Source: a virus (taxonomy: Duplodnaviria > Caudoviricetes). Taken from it: a stretch of 64,000 nucleotides of DNA. A program made the translations under genes and the position numbers. The notes under the pieces were generated by a model, which did no database searches, was not told the DNA's origin, and saw only the letters and a list, made by a program, of their open reading frames with translations. Below are positions 29,223 through 38,761 of the stretch, piece by piece. The stretch lies in the IMG/VR virus record IMGVR_UViG_3300027759_003166; one strand, given 5' to 3'. Positions within the stretch are counted from its first letter, which is position 1; each line of letters opens with the position of its first letter.

Positions 29223-30470
29223 ATGGCATATATTTTAAATAAAACTAACGGATCAATTGTTGCAACAGTACAAGATGCAACAATTGATACAACTACTGAT
29301 TTATCATTTGTAGGTAGAAACTATGCTGGCTATGGCGAAATTCAAAATGAGAATTTTCTAAAATTATTAGAAAATTTTGCTAATTCAACAGCTCCACCAA
29401 AGCCTATTGAAGGTCAACTTTGGTATGATACTTCTGGTAAACATTTAAATTTTTATAATACAGTTAATTGGAAAAGTATTCCTTCTTTGGAAATTAGTAA
29501 TAACAACCCAGTTGAAACTACCACTCCTGTACTAGGAGATCTGTGGTACAATTCAGTAGAACAACAATTGAGTATATACAACGGATCCCAATATGTTATA
29601 ATTGGGCCACCAATTGGTGCTAATACTAAAGCAGGGTGGCGCGGCGACTTTGAAAAAGAAAGTAATACTCCTATCTATAATACCAAAGCAGTTATTAATG
29701 ATGAAGTTATTGCAACAGTTTCTGCACAGACATATACATTAAGTGATCTTGCTAGTAGTGCATATCCAATATATAATTTAGGTTCAAGATTATATAAAGG
29801 AATTAATTTAAATGGTGCTGATCCTATTACAGGAAGTTCGGAGTCAGTAAGTTCATATTTTTGGGGAACTGCTGCTCATGCATTGCGAGCTAATACATCT
29901 ACCTATTCAAACGGATTTGTAACTGAACTTGATGAAACAACAAACAAATATAAACCCGTAACATTTATTACCACATCTTCGGCTTCCTTAACAGATGGAA
30001 CTATTGCTATAAATTATGGATTCACATATAATCCATCTACTAATTATGTTAAAGCAACAAGGTTCGAAGGCGTTGCTACTAGTGCATTTTATGCCGACTT
30101 AGCTGAAAGATATGAAGCAGATGCTGTCTATGAACCTGGAACCGTTTTAGTCATAAGTGGAGAAAAAGAAGTTACTATTTCTACATTATATGCTGATACA
30201 AGGGTAGCGGGCATAGTAAGTACAAACCCGGCATATATGATGAATTCTGAGGCAGGATCCGACGAAACACACCCCTATATTGCCTTAAAAGGCCGTGTTC
30301 CTTGCCAAGTTGTGGGTACTATTAATAAAGGTGATCTTCTAGTAACAAGTGCATATCCAGGATATGCTACTGCATGGTTGGGCGGCTCGGCACCAGACGG
30401 AACAGTCATAGCAAAAGCCCTAGGAACTCAATCCGAGGGCTTTGGTGTTATAGAAGTATTAGTAGTCTAA
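29223..30470 (+). CDS. Tail fibre/baseplate protein paralog with C-terminal autoproteolytic-chaperone-like domain
   Basis: N-terminal GRNYAGYGEIQNENFLKLLENFA...GQLWYD; C-terminal ADLAERY...PGTVLV...IALKGRVPC...KGDLLVTS resembles fibre maturation domains. Confidence 0.7.
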   Translation: MAYILNKTNGSIVATVQDATIDTTTDLSFVGRNYAGYGEIQNENFLKLLENFANSTAPPKPIEGQLWYDTSGKHLNFYNTVNWKSIPSLEISNNNPVETTTPVLGDLWYNSVEQQLSIYNGSQYVIIGPPIGANTKAGWRGDFEKESNTPIYNTKAVINDEVIATVSAQTYTLSDLASSAYPIYNLGSRLYKGINLNGADPITGSSESVSSYFWGTAAHALRANTSTYSNGFVTELDETTNKYKPVTFITTSSASLTDGTIAINYGFTYNPSTNYVKATRFEGVATSAFYADLAERYEADAVYEPGTVLVISGEKEVTISTLYADTRVAGIVSTNPAYMMNSEAGSDETHPYIALKGRVPCQVVGTINKGDLLVTSAYPGYATAWLGGSAPDGTVIAKALGTQSEGFGVIEVLVV

Positions 30471-31348
30471 ACTGCCATTGGCGCCTTAATGGTTGCATAG
30501 CAATTATAGTCAACCAATTTAACATCTTGCATGGTAAATTTGGTTATTTCGGTAATATCTGTATTGAGTTCCACTGTAGGTAGTACCAATGGTTCTCTAC
30601 TTAATTGTTCTCTTACTTGCTCTAAGTGATTGTCATAGATATGTGCATCACCAAATGAAATAATTAATTCGCCCACTGATAGTTCACATATCTGTGCAAT
30701 CATATGAGTGAATAATGCGTAACTTGCTATGTTAAATGGCACTCCAAGAAACATATCTGCACTACGTTGATACATATGGCAACTTAACTTACCACTGGTG
30801 CTTACATAAAATTGTGCCATCATGTGACATGGAGGCAATGCCATTGAGTCAAGTTCCCCAGGATTCCATGCACTAAGAATATGTCTACGTCCATATGGAT
30901 CTTTCTTGATACCATTAATCAATAGTTGAAGTTGATCAATATGTTTAACTGCCATACGGTTAGCACCAAATATTGGAGCACGCCATGAACGCCATTGCAC
31001 TCCGTATACTCTACCAAGGTCACCTTTGAATCTAGCCTTTGGTCGCCAATAGTCTGCGTTAGCATTGCCAGACCAGATAGTACTTTCTGTACTAGTACGA
31101 CTACCGTGTAGAATCTCTTTCAAACGATTCTCGTCACCGCTACCTTCAATAAACCAAAGAAGTTCACTAACAACAGATTTCCAGGCCAACCGTTTTGTGG
31201 TAATGGCCGGAAATCCTTCTTGTAGATCAAACTTTAATTGTAGTCCAAATTTACTAATAGTACCAATACCAGTTCTATCAGGGCGATGTTCACCCGTGTC
31301 TAAAATTTCTCTTAGAGCACTAAGATAAGCGTCTTCGGGATGTATCAT
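30467..31348 (-). CDS. thyA: Thymidylate synthase
   Basis: MALPPCH catalytic Cys motif; YQRSADMFLGVPFNIASY; GDAHIYDNH. Confidence 0.97.
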   Translation of the reverse strand: MIHPEDAYLSALREILDTGEHRPDRTGIGTISKFGLQLKFDLQEGFPAITTKRLAWKSVVSELLWFIEGSGDENRLKEILHGSRTSTESTIWSGNANADYWRPKARFKGDLGRVYGVQWRSWRAPIFGANRMAVKHIDQLQLLINGIKKDPYGRRHILSAWNPGELDSMALPPCHMMAQFYVSTSGKLSCHMYQRSADMFLGVPFNIASYALFTHMIAQICELSVGELIISFGDAHIYDNHLEQVREQLSREPLVLPTVELNTDITEITKFTMQDVKLVDYNCYATIKAPMAV

Positions 31349-31992
31349 TAAGCCTCAACAGCTTTCTTGGCCTTAGATTCTTTAGCCTTTGGTGGATCAA
31401 TAGCATCTGCCATTCTACGGAAATTAGCAGCATCCTTGGCCAACTTGTCAGCTTTAGAACGATATGACTTTGCTACTAGTACTGGATCAGAAATTTCTTC
31501 AGTAGACTCAACTACTACAGCTTTCTTTGTTTCTGGAACAATAACATCCGGTATAATAATTTCTTCTTTAAGAACAGGTTTGCTTTCTTCTTTAACTGAG
31601 CCATCGGTGACTGCTAGATCTTCTAACTTAACTCCCTTTTGTTCAGCAATAATATTGTTGAGTTCATCTAATGGAGTTGACGTTTGACTATTAGGAGTCA
31701 TTAATACAAGTTTGGTAGGTACTTTTTTAAGATGACCATTGGCATGCATATATTGTAGCATGACAGTACCATCTGGAAAACGCCGTACAGCAAGAACATC
31801 TGCAAGCTCATTGGCTTGCTGTCCTGCATCGCTGTCAATTAAACTCATTAGCGAGTCATGATAAGCGTCGGTAAGACCGTTAGTTCCTACAACCAATGCA
31901 CTTTGGGGATCTCCTGGAAGAGTACGATACACTACTGCTATACGAGCAGAATTGTTTTTCATCTTTCCTACATGTTTGGTAAATTTAGCCAT
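31348..31992 (-). CDS. Hypothetical protein (214 aa)
   Basis: Long ORF coupled to the thyA start, with an upstream AGGAG; no family recognised. Confidence 0.75.
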   Translation of the reverse strand: MAKFTKHVGKMKNNSARIAVVYRTLPGDPQSALVVGTNGLTDAYHDSLMSLIDSDAGQQANELADVLAVRRFPDGTVMLQYMHANGHLKKVPTKLVLMTPNSQTSTPLDELNNIIAEQKGVKLEDLAVTDGSVKEESKPVLKEEIIIPDVIVPETKKAVVVESTEEISDPVLVAKSYRSKADKLAKDAANFRRMADAIDPPKAKESKAKKAVEA

Positions 31993-32007
31993 GCTACTCT
32001 CCTTATA

Positions 32008-32238
32008 TTATTCTGCGGCTGCAGGCTGATCTTCAGTCTTTGGTGGTGCTATTGCATTTAGAAATGCATTTAATTTGTCATAGGTTGCGCCCACTGCTGA
32101 AATTTCATTTGCAGCAAATACTCCACGGCGTACGGCAACATCTACAATTGACCGTAGATTACCTAGATCAGTAATTGTAAGTTCTGGTGTTTGTGGTGCT
32201 TCTTGTGCTGCGGCTTCTTGTGTTTGATTTTCTTCCAT
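32008..32238 (-). CDS. Hypothetical protein (76 aa)
   Basis: Fits the tightly packed minus-strand operon; AAGGA upstream. Confidence 0.7.
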   Translation of the reverse strand: MEENQTQEAAAQEAPQTPELTITDLGNLRSIVDVAVRRGVFAANEISAVGATYDKLNAFLNAIAPPKTEDQPAAAE

Positions 32239-32249
32239 TTTAAATATCC

Positions 32250-32531
32250 TTATTTTTTATGTAAATGTTGGCATCCTATTGCCAGCATGGTTAGTTCCTT
32301 CGGGTCTTCCATTCCTATTTCTGTGTAAGCAACGATTTTCCTATCACGATCTAAACCATATCCGTCTTTGATAGCATACCTGCCATCTAAGTTATATTCG
32401 ATCCAATGCTCGATGTCCTTAACATCAAATCTATGCTCTATCGAAAGTTTGGTAAAATGATCTGGCATAAAGGATAGTTTCCTTAATCCTAATACTGACA
32501 GAGCATTAACCGTTCCTCTATTAAGAGACAT
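32250..32531 (-). CDS. Hypothetical protein (93 aa)
   Basis: Fills the gap between neighbouring minus-strand genes. Confidence 0.65.
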   Translation of the reverse strand: MSLNRGTVNALSVLGLRKLSFMPDHFTKLSIEHRFDVKDIEHWIEYNLDGRYAIKDGYGLDRDRKIVAYTEIGMEDPKELTMLAIGCQHLHKK

Positions 32532-32543
32532 TATATACCTACT

Positions 32544-33806
32544 TTATTTATAATAAGCTGTCTGGCCGAAGGGTGCAATTATGGTATCATTGCCGTGAAT
32601 AACAAACAAACTTTCGCAATGGTCCTCATCTCCCCAGCTTCCGCAAGGATATCCATCTGTAAACATAATAAAACGCTTGGGATTAATATCTTCACGCTTC
32701 ATAAATTCGTAGTTAGCATCAAAGTCTGTACCGCCACCGCCCTTAACTTCGTAGCTCATAATGTCATCTGCATTGTCTCCAGAGAACTGAGCATAGTTGT
32801 ATACTTCTGTATCAAAGCACCATAGATTCAATTTAAAATCTTTATACTCATCCATAATACCTTTAACTTCACTGATAAAGTCTTTGGCCATTGTATCAGA
32901 AATACTACCGCTCATATCAATGGCTACGGACACATCAATAGTTTCTTCATTCATCATTCCGGGCAGGATAGCACCGCAATGTTGGCTTTTACGATTTGGA
33001 CGAGAAAAGCTAAAATTGCTCTTGAAGATACTTTGGATATTCATACGCAGGATCTGACGCCAGTCCATTTTAGGCTCAGTAAAGTCACTGATCATACGAC
33101 GGATACCTGCTGGCACTCGTCCAGCACCTGCGGATTGAGCAGCAGCCATTACAGCTTCTTTGATCTCATCACGGATAGCTTTCTTTTCTTCAGCAGTTAA
33201 CTTTGGACGACCTTTGCCTTTACCGTTATCATCGCCATCTTCTCCGTCGCCGCCTTCACCATCTTCGCCATCCAAGTGTTCGTCTAGCAATTCGCCAAGT
33301 GAACCAATGTCAATCTTTTCTGCTTTCTCATAGAGCTCGTTATAAATTTCTTCATAGCTCTTTCCACGATACTTGTCATCTTGGAAGATCTTAATGAAAC
33401 TTGGCACTACACCAATACGTTCATCTTTTAGAATTTGATTAGCAGCATAGTCGGCAGCGATGTTTGACAATGTAGGATCACGACTATCACGCCGGCCCAT
33501 ATGATCAAATACATTATGCAGAACTTCGTGAGCAAAACCAAACTCTGCTTCTTTAGGATTCAATTTATTAACAAATCCATTGTTGTAATAAAAGGTACGT
33601 CCATCTGTGGCCAATGTATTACACCATTCACTGGCATCAACTAATTTCATACGTGTAGCAAGATTGCCGAAGAACGGATGCTTCAATAGTAAACCAACAC
33701 GAGCCGTAATCAGTTTTTCAAGAATCTTATTCTTTTCAGACGGGGTAAACTGTTTACTAGCCCAATCTTCTTTTTTACTTTTTTCGGCTTTCATTACTTT
33801 AGACAT
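32544..33806 (-). CDS. Metallopeptidase-like (HExxH) plus VWA domain protein (DUF2201-like)
   Basis: AHEVLH zincin motif; VAIDMSGSIS MIDAS motif; GGGGTDF; IMFTDGY; adjacent to a MoxR-type ATPase. Confidence 0.85.
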   Translation of the reverse strand: MSKVMKAEKSKKEDWASKQFTPSEKNKILEKLITARVGLLLKHPFFGNLATRMKLVDASEWCNTLATDGRTFYYNNGFVNKLNPKEAEFGFAHEVLHNVFDHMGRRDSRDPTLSNIAADYAANQILKDERIGVVPSFIKIFQDDKYRGKSYEEIYNELYEKAEKIDIGSLGELLDEHLDGEDGEGGDGEDGDDNGKGKGRPKLTAEEKKAIRDEIKEAVMAAAQSAGAGRVPAGIRRMISDFTEPKMDWRQILRMNIQSIFKSNFSFSRPNRKSQHCGAILPGMMNEETIDVSVAIDMSGSISDTMAKDFISEVKGIMDEYKDFKLNLWCFDTEVYNYAQFSGDNADDIMSYEVKGGGGTDFDANYEFMKREDINPKRFIMFTDGYPCGSWGDEDHCESLFVIHGNDTIIAPFGQTAYYK

Positions 33807-33834
33807 AGTGTATCCTTTTAGTGTTTAAGCATAT

Positions 33835-33863
33835 ATTATACATTAAATTTATCAAAAGAGCAA
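33835..33863 (-). promoter_or_regulatory. Sigma70-type promoter for the VWA gene
   Basis: Minus strand TTGCTC-N17-TATAAT. Confidence 0.6.
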
Positions 33864-33865
33864 GC

Positions 33866-33890
33866 AAAAAGGCCCTTGCGGGCCCTTTTT
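33866..33890 (-). terminator. Rho-independent terminator after the MoxR-like gene
   Basis: Minus strand GGCCC-GCAA-GGGCC-TTTTT (GNRA loop) directly after the TAA; the A-run on the other side could make it bidirectional. Confidence 0.8.
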
Positions 33891-34971
33891 AACTTTCCAT
33901 TGCAACCAAAATGTACTTACCGTACTTGTCGTGGAAACGATCGAAGTGTTTCAATTTGCTAGCATCAAACGGAAGATTGTAGCTAGTCAACGCAACCTTA
34001 GCAGCCATAACAGTTAGCTCAGTTGGGAAGTTATCCATAATGAACAAGAAGAAACGATCTGCCTGTGCATCCCAATCTTTGGCTTTCTTGTTAAAAGCGT
34101 CTTGGAGTTCATAGCAAAGGCTAATGCTCAAAGAGTACATCGCGGAGATTTCTTTAATCTCACATTTGGCAACCTTGCCAGACAAGATGTCTGTTGGGTT
34201 AGGCATTTGTTTAGCAACACGACGGTGTGCCATAAACTTAACAGCAAGTCCTTCACCGATTGCACCAGCAACTAAATCGGTCAATGTGCGCTCATCCAAG
34301 TCGTCGTCCTTGAGCAAATCGCTGACAAAGGACCAAGAACGTGGAGTTGCAAATGCACGGCTTGAAGATTTTGGATCAAAGTCATACAAATCTTGTTTGG
34401 CAAATCCAATATAACCAACAACTTGTTCGTGAAGTTTGTTGTTAACAGCCCACTCTTGCCAATCTTCAAAGTCAGATTTCAATTCGATGTGAACAAAGCG
34501 GTTAGCCAACGGTGCAGGCATACGATAAGTAACGCCTTTGTCAGTTTCACGGTTACCGGCAGCAACAATACTAACACCTTTTGGCAGTTGATAAGTACCA
34601 ACACGACGATTCAATACCAATTGAAAAGCAGCGGCCTGGGTAGCAGGAGCAGCAGAGTTCAATTCATCCAAGAATAGGATAGCAGTAGAATCTGGATCAG
34701 TGGGCAATTCTGCAGGAGGAGCCCAAGTCATAGTATTCTCATTGCTATTGTAATATGGAATACCTTTAATGTCAGTAGGTTCCCAAAGGCTCAAACGAAC
34801 GTCAATGACTTCTCGACCTTGTTCATCACCAATTTGTTTAACGATATCGGATTTGCCAATACCAGGAGGGCCCCACATGAATACAGGACGTTGGATCTTG
34901 ACACATTTACGGATACTGCGCTTGGCTTCGTTAGGAGTAACGGTACGATTAGCGCTCATTGCTTCTGCCAT
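33889..34971 (-). CDS. MoxR-type AAA+ ATPase
   Basis: Walker A GPPGIGKS, Walker B ILFLDE, sensor AAGN, LANRF arginine finger; VWA partner next door. Confidence 0.9.
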   Translation of the reverse strand: MAEAMSANRTVTPNEAKRSIRKCVKIQRPVFMWGPPGIGKSDIVKQIGDEQGREVIDVRLSLWEPTDIKGIPYYNSNENTMTWAPPAELPTDPDSTAILFLDELNSAAPATQAAAFQLVLNRRVGTYQLPKGVSIVAAGNRETDKGVTYRMPAPLANRFVHIELKSDFEDWQEWAVNNKLHEQVVGYIGFAKQDLYDFDPKSSSRAFATPRSWSFVSDLLKDDDLDERTLTDLVAGAIGEGLAVKFMAHRRVAKQMPNPTDILSGKVAKCEIKEISAMYSLSISLCYELQDAFNKKAKDWDAQADRFFLFIMDNFPTELTVMAAKVALTSYNLPFDASKLKHFDRFHDKYGKYILVAMES

Positions 34972-35031
34972 AGTGTAATCTTTCTAAAAAGTTAAATTAA
35001 TATTGCGACGATTATCTGCTGCAATACGTTA

Positions 35032-35060
35032 ATTATACATACATTGTTACACTTTGTCAA
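35032..35060 (-). promoter_or_regulatory. Perfect sigma70 consensus promoter
   Basis: Minus strand TTGACA-N17-TATAAT upstream of the MoxR-like gene. Confidence 0.85.
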
Positions 35061-35452
35061 GTGATTTCTGTATATCTCTTCTGGGCTCTTTGCAATTTTT
35101 GGATATTTCCAGCAAATAAAATGAGCTGTATAGCCATTTTTTCTCCAAAAAGATAGATTTCTTTATGGGTTAAGTAAAACGGACAGTCGACATTATTGTC
35201 AATCCATAGTAATAATGAATTGGTTAAGAACATTGGTTCTTCAAATGCTACTCTGTGATGCTTAATTTCAGCATTACAAAAACTTTCAAATCCCTTTTCG
35301 GTTAGTCCAAGACCGCCCTTTTTCTTTAATCTAGGATTACTCCAAAATACCTGACGTAGATTATCAATTGATCGATCGTCAGTGGTTAGCCCTAACTGCT
35401 CTGCTACTATTTTGGTGATTTTAAGTTTTTGGTTCATCGGTGATTTTCTCAC
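35057..35452 (-). CDS. Hypothetical protein (~131 aa)
   Basis: ORF in the operon; the true start may be the later Met (MNQK). Confidence 0.65.
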   Translation of the reverse strand: MRKSPMNQKLKITKIVAEQLGLTTDDRSIDNLRQVFWSNPRLKKKGGLGLTEKGFESFCNAEIKHHRVAFEEPMFLTNSLLLWIDNNVDCPFYLTHKEIYLFGEKMAIQLILFAGNIQKLQRAQKRYTEIT

Positions 35453-35720
35453 CAGTAGTTAGTTTATAAACGGAAAATTCTTCTGTGTTAAACATTTTAT
35501 TTAATTTTTCCGCTAAGTTGAAAGCATGACCGCTGTTAGCAAAGGATACCTTCTTATATTTTGGTCCTACTTCTTGTGCAACTACACTACTAGTCTTTAA
35601 ATTAATAGGTTTATCTTTATAAAATACCGACCATACGGCGTCAGACTCTAAAACTTGATCTGTTTTATATGATTTTTTATTTGTTATCTCTAATAAGACG
35701 TTCGGTTTAGGTCTACTCAT
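35421..35720 (-). CDS. Hypothetical protein (99 aa)
   Basis: ORF with a TAAATA motif and GGAG upstream. Confidence 0.7.
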   Translation of the reverse strand: MSRPKPNVLLEITNKKSYKTDQVLESDAVWSVFYKDKPINLKTSSVVAQEVGPKYKKVSFANSGHAFNLAEKLNKMFNTEEFSVYKLTTGEKITDEPKT

Positions 35721-35762
35721 TATACATACGCTCCAAATGTGCGTATATATTTACCTGTTTTT

Positions 35763-35978
35763 CTAAAAACGTCCGCCGTCCATTTTAACCTGTATGTTAG
35801 AAGATGCAGAAGCAATTTGATCTAACTGACCTGCTAACCTTGTCATTACTACTGCTAGACTATTTTGCAACTCTGTAGCCTCTGAAATGCTTAAAGTTAC
35901 TACTTTTTGATTGGTTTTTATAGCAATCTTAGTCTTATCCAAGAAGTTTTCAATAGGTATTGTGTTTAGTTGCTTCAT
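35763..35978 (-). CDS. Hypothetical protein (71 aa)
   Basis: ATGA overlap with the upstream ORF. Confidence 0.65.
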   Translation of the reverse strand: MKQLNTIPIENFLDKTKIAIKTNQKVVTLSISEATELQNSLAVVMTRLAGQLDQIASASSNIQVKMDGGRF

Positions 35979-36448
35979 ACCTTATTTAGGCTGTTTAATA
36001 CAGCTTTCATCTCCTGTGCAGTCTTAAATGGACCTTGATATGGATTACGTTCGAGTGTAATCAATTTAGGGCAATAACTTCTGAGCCACCCTTTTTGGAA
36101 TTGAATAACATAGTAGCCTGCACAATATCTACTCTTGCTTTTAAGATTTTTGGTGTATAAGGGTAGTCTTGATTTAACATTATACACAGGATTGTAGGGT
36201 TTGGTGCGGCAAGGATAGTTATAAATGGTATGATTAAGAGGTTCTATTTCAAATGTATTAGATTTCTTCCTATCCACGGTGGCTAATTGATCAACAATTT
36301 CTTTAAAACTTTTGATTTCCACTGCTTTGCCTTTACGTAAGAACACATATCCTTTTTTGTTCTTAGCAATAGATCCAATCTTCTTACCATTGCCTTCAAT
36401 GATCCATTCTTTATTGGGTATTAATACTTTAGAAATTACTGCGTTCAT
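35975..36448 (-). CDS. Hypothetical protein (157 aa)
   Basis: ATGA overlaps at both ends. Confidence 0.7.
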   Translation of the reverse strand: MNAVISKVLIPNKEWIIEGNGKKIGSIAKNKKGYVFLRKGKAVEIKSFKEIVDQLATVDRKKSNTFEIEPLNHTIYNYPCRTKPYNPVYNVKSRLPLYTKNLKSKSRYCAGYYVIQFQKGWLRSYCPKLITLERNPYQGPFKTAQEMKAVLNSLNKV

Positions 36449-37437
36449 GCTATATATCTCGCGTTAAGTGGTTCTGCATAACTTTGTATCTGTTCACTAA
36501 TCTTAATTAGATCGTATTCGGAACAAAGTTTAAGCAAACGTACTCCAACTTGTGGAATATTCTTTTCTGCCGTTGTGGCGGTGTTGATTGTTTCTTTAAT
36601 CAACTCTTTAATGTTATCCGGTTGTGCTGTTAGATCACATAGTAGTACATTGCGGGTGTAATCATCTAATACACGATGCTCAACACCTTCGTGGTCAGTC
36701 CAACGTTGCAACATGAGATTGTTCCAAGAATAGCCTTTGGATTCTCTGTCAGCAAACGCATCACGGAGACCAACTTTATTCTTTGTCCCTTTCTCACGTA
36801 CTCCTGGATAAGCACTAAAGATGTTGTCGGAGGTGTCGCCACGCATACACTTCTCAAATAGTAACCATTCTGGTTCAGGTGCACCTTTTGGTAAATTTGT
36901 TTTCTTATCCTTAATGTGCTTACCTCTTTCATCAAAATATCCTTCGTGTGTGGTTGTAATCTGCATCACACCATTATATTGTCGAACATTTGGTGCGATA
37001 AGTTGTGCAAAGTCTCCATCTGTTGAAATAATAATATGATTATCAGTAGGATGACTTTGAATCCAACCTGCAATTAAATCATCTGCTTCTAATTGCTGAT
37101 GCTGTAATACTGTACAGTTAGTCTTGTTTGTAATATAATCTTTAAACTGATCAAACGTTTCCCAAAATACACGATCTTCTTCTGCTTCTCTTGGACTTTG
37201 AGCAGCACGAGCTTCTGTGCGTTGCCGCTTGTAAGGAGCATATACATCCTTGCGCCAGCTACGCCCCTCTAAAAAGAAGATAACATGATCACCTTTAAAA
37301 TCTCGCCATGCTTTACGTACACTACCTAATACAGTAGCAAGACTCATACCAATCTTATCATTAAGATCACCACGAGTTGCATGACGAGCACGGAAAAATG
37401 TATTTGCTGTATCTACAAGAATATATGTTTTGTTCAT
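36445..37437 (-). CDS. 5'-3' exonuclease / flap endonuclease (T4 RNase H-like)
   Basis: ILVDTAN, EADDLIA, ISTDGDFAQL, GDTSDNI acidic motifs of the PIN/FEN-type 5' nucleases. Confidence 0.9.
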   Translation of the reverse strand: MNKTYILVDTANTFFRARHATRGDLNDKIGMSLATVLGSVRKAWRDFKGDHVIFFLEGRSWRKDVYAPYKRQRTEARAAQSPREAEEDRVFWETFDQFKDYITNKTNCTVLQHQQLEADDLIAGWIQSHPTDNHIIISTDGDFAQLIAPNVRQYNGVMQITTTHEGYFDERGKHIKDKKTNLPKGAPEPEWLLFEKCMRGDTSDNIFSAYPGVREKGTKNKVGLRDAFADRESKGYSWNNLMLQRWTDHEGVEHRVLDDYTRNVLLCDLTAQPDNIKELIKETINTATTAEKNIPQVGVRLLKLCSEYDLIKISEQIQSYAEPLNARYIA

Positions 37438-37916
37438 TAAGAAATTTCCGATCTACCATCACCTAAATTATTAACATTAATATAACCACTACCACGTCGG
37501 TCCATATTTACACCAGCCTCGGATCCGATATTTCTGCATAAGTCCTGGAACCAAAGATCAACTACGGATTCATCTGTCTCACCTTGATATCCTTCTGTTC
37601 TTAATTGTAGCACAAAGTACTCGTTCCAGTCAAGTTCAAAGAAGCCATTGCGGATATTATCTTTATTAACGTGAGTGTCCATAACTGCTACCCAGGGTTC
37701 TTTCTTTTCTGTAGCAATCTCTTTGGCTGTTTTTTGTTTCTTTATCTTTGGAACCTTAGGTACTGCCACTGGTACATCTTTAACTTCTGGTACAGTTGGC
37801 TCTTCAACTTTTACCGGCTTGTCTTCGATGCCAAATAAATTTTTAATAAATTTTTTCATTGTATTTTCTTTAGTTGGTATAATTGCTTGATCAAGAATGC
37901 CCATTAAGTTCCCCAC
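37437..37916 (-). CDS. Hypothetical protein (may start at 37859, MKKFIK)
   Basis: Coupled to the exonuclease start; conserved-looking C-terminus (GFFELDWNEYFV). Confidence 0.65.
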   Translation of the reverse strand: MGNLMGILDQAIIPTKENTMKKFIKNLFGIEDKPVKVEEPTVPEVKDVPVAVPKVPKIKKQKTAKEIATEKKEPWVAVMDTHVNKDNIRNGFFELDWNEYFVLQLRTEGYQGETDESVVDLWFQDLCRNIGSEAGVNMDRRGSGYINVNNLGDGRSEIS

Positions 37917-38761
37917 TCATTTTTAAAGAGCGGAACTTGTAAACGATCACTATAACGTAAACCGTGCTTCATTGCTAACAATGCTACATTACGATTGTTC
38001 ATTGCATACACACTTTCAACACCACCTACTGGCATTAGATAGATATGACCAATAAATCCTGCCTTGCGATAAGCAGCAATCGCACATTCGGCATCAGCAA
38101 AGTCTTGTTCTGTGGCAATAACAAACTTCAAATATGCTGTACCGTATTCTTCGTACTCGCAAACACGTTCTGGTTTAATAGCTTCATCCCACGGTTCACC
38201 ACTACACGGTAGTTTAGCACTAACACTAAATGTAACTTCTCTATGGAAATCGTAATCGTGATGATATTTCCAAGTATGTAGGTATTGTTTAAATGGTGCT
38301 GTTAACTGCATAGTACCATTTGTTTCAAACGTAATCTCTTTAAGACCTTGCATCTTAGGATGTTTCAACAAGTCTGGATATTGTTTTTGCCAACCTAACA
38401 ATGGCTCGCCACCGGTAATAACTAGATGTTCATCACGCCATTCACTAAATGGAAGGATCTCCATAATACGTTCTACAATTGCATCTGTAGTCAACATTGG
38501 ACTTAGATCTTTAAAACGTGGATCCCAACTTGCGTAACTATCACACCCTGTACTTACTAATGGCAATTTTTTATAGTCGTCGTAGTAATGAATACGTGCT
38601 GCAATATCTTCTACCTCACGACTTAGTTCGCCACGTGGCATACCAAATCCTTGACATTTAAAATTACAACCAAACGTTCTAAGGAACACGCTGGGCACTC
38701 CCATATAACGTCCTTCACCCTGCACACTATAAAACAATTCTGCTATTTTAATCTTCGACAT
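37904..38761 (-). CDS. queE: 7-carboxy-7-deazaguanine synthase (radical SAM)
   Basis: ELFYSVQGEGRYMGVPSVFLRTFGCNFKC, with the third Cys after a 36-residue insert (CX3CX36C); VITGGEPLL, ETNGT, LKFVI, RLQVPLF are QueE motifs. Confidence 0.88.
   Translation of the reverse strand: MSKIKIAELFYSVQGEGRYMGVPSVFLRTFGCNFKCQGFGMPRGELSREVEDIAARIHYYDDYKKLPLVSTGCDSYASWDPRFKDLSPMLTTDAIVERIMEILPFSEWRDEHLVITGGEPLLGWQKQYPDLLKHPKMQGLKEITFETNGTMQLTAPFKQYLHTWKYHHDYDFHREVTFSVSAKLPCSGEPWDEAIKPERVCEYEEYGTAYLKFVIATEQDFADAECAIAAYRKAGFIGHIYLMPVGGVESVYAMNNRNVALLAMKHGLRYSDRLQVPLFKNEWGT

Noticed and set aside
23217-30470. Diversity-generating retroelement acting on fibre tips
   Set aside because: No reverse transcriptase and no TR/VR pair with adenine-specific differences were seen in this window.
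30467-31348. thyA as a dCMP hydroxymethylase supplying the glycosyltransferase
   Set aside because: It has the dUMP-specifying Asn (PFNIASY) and canonical ThyA motifs throughout.
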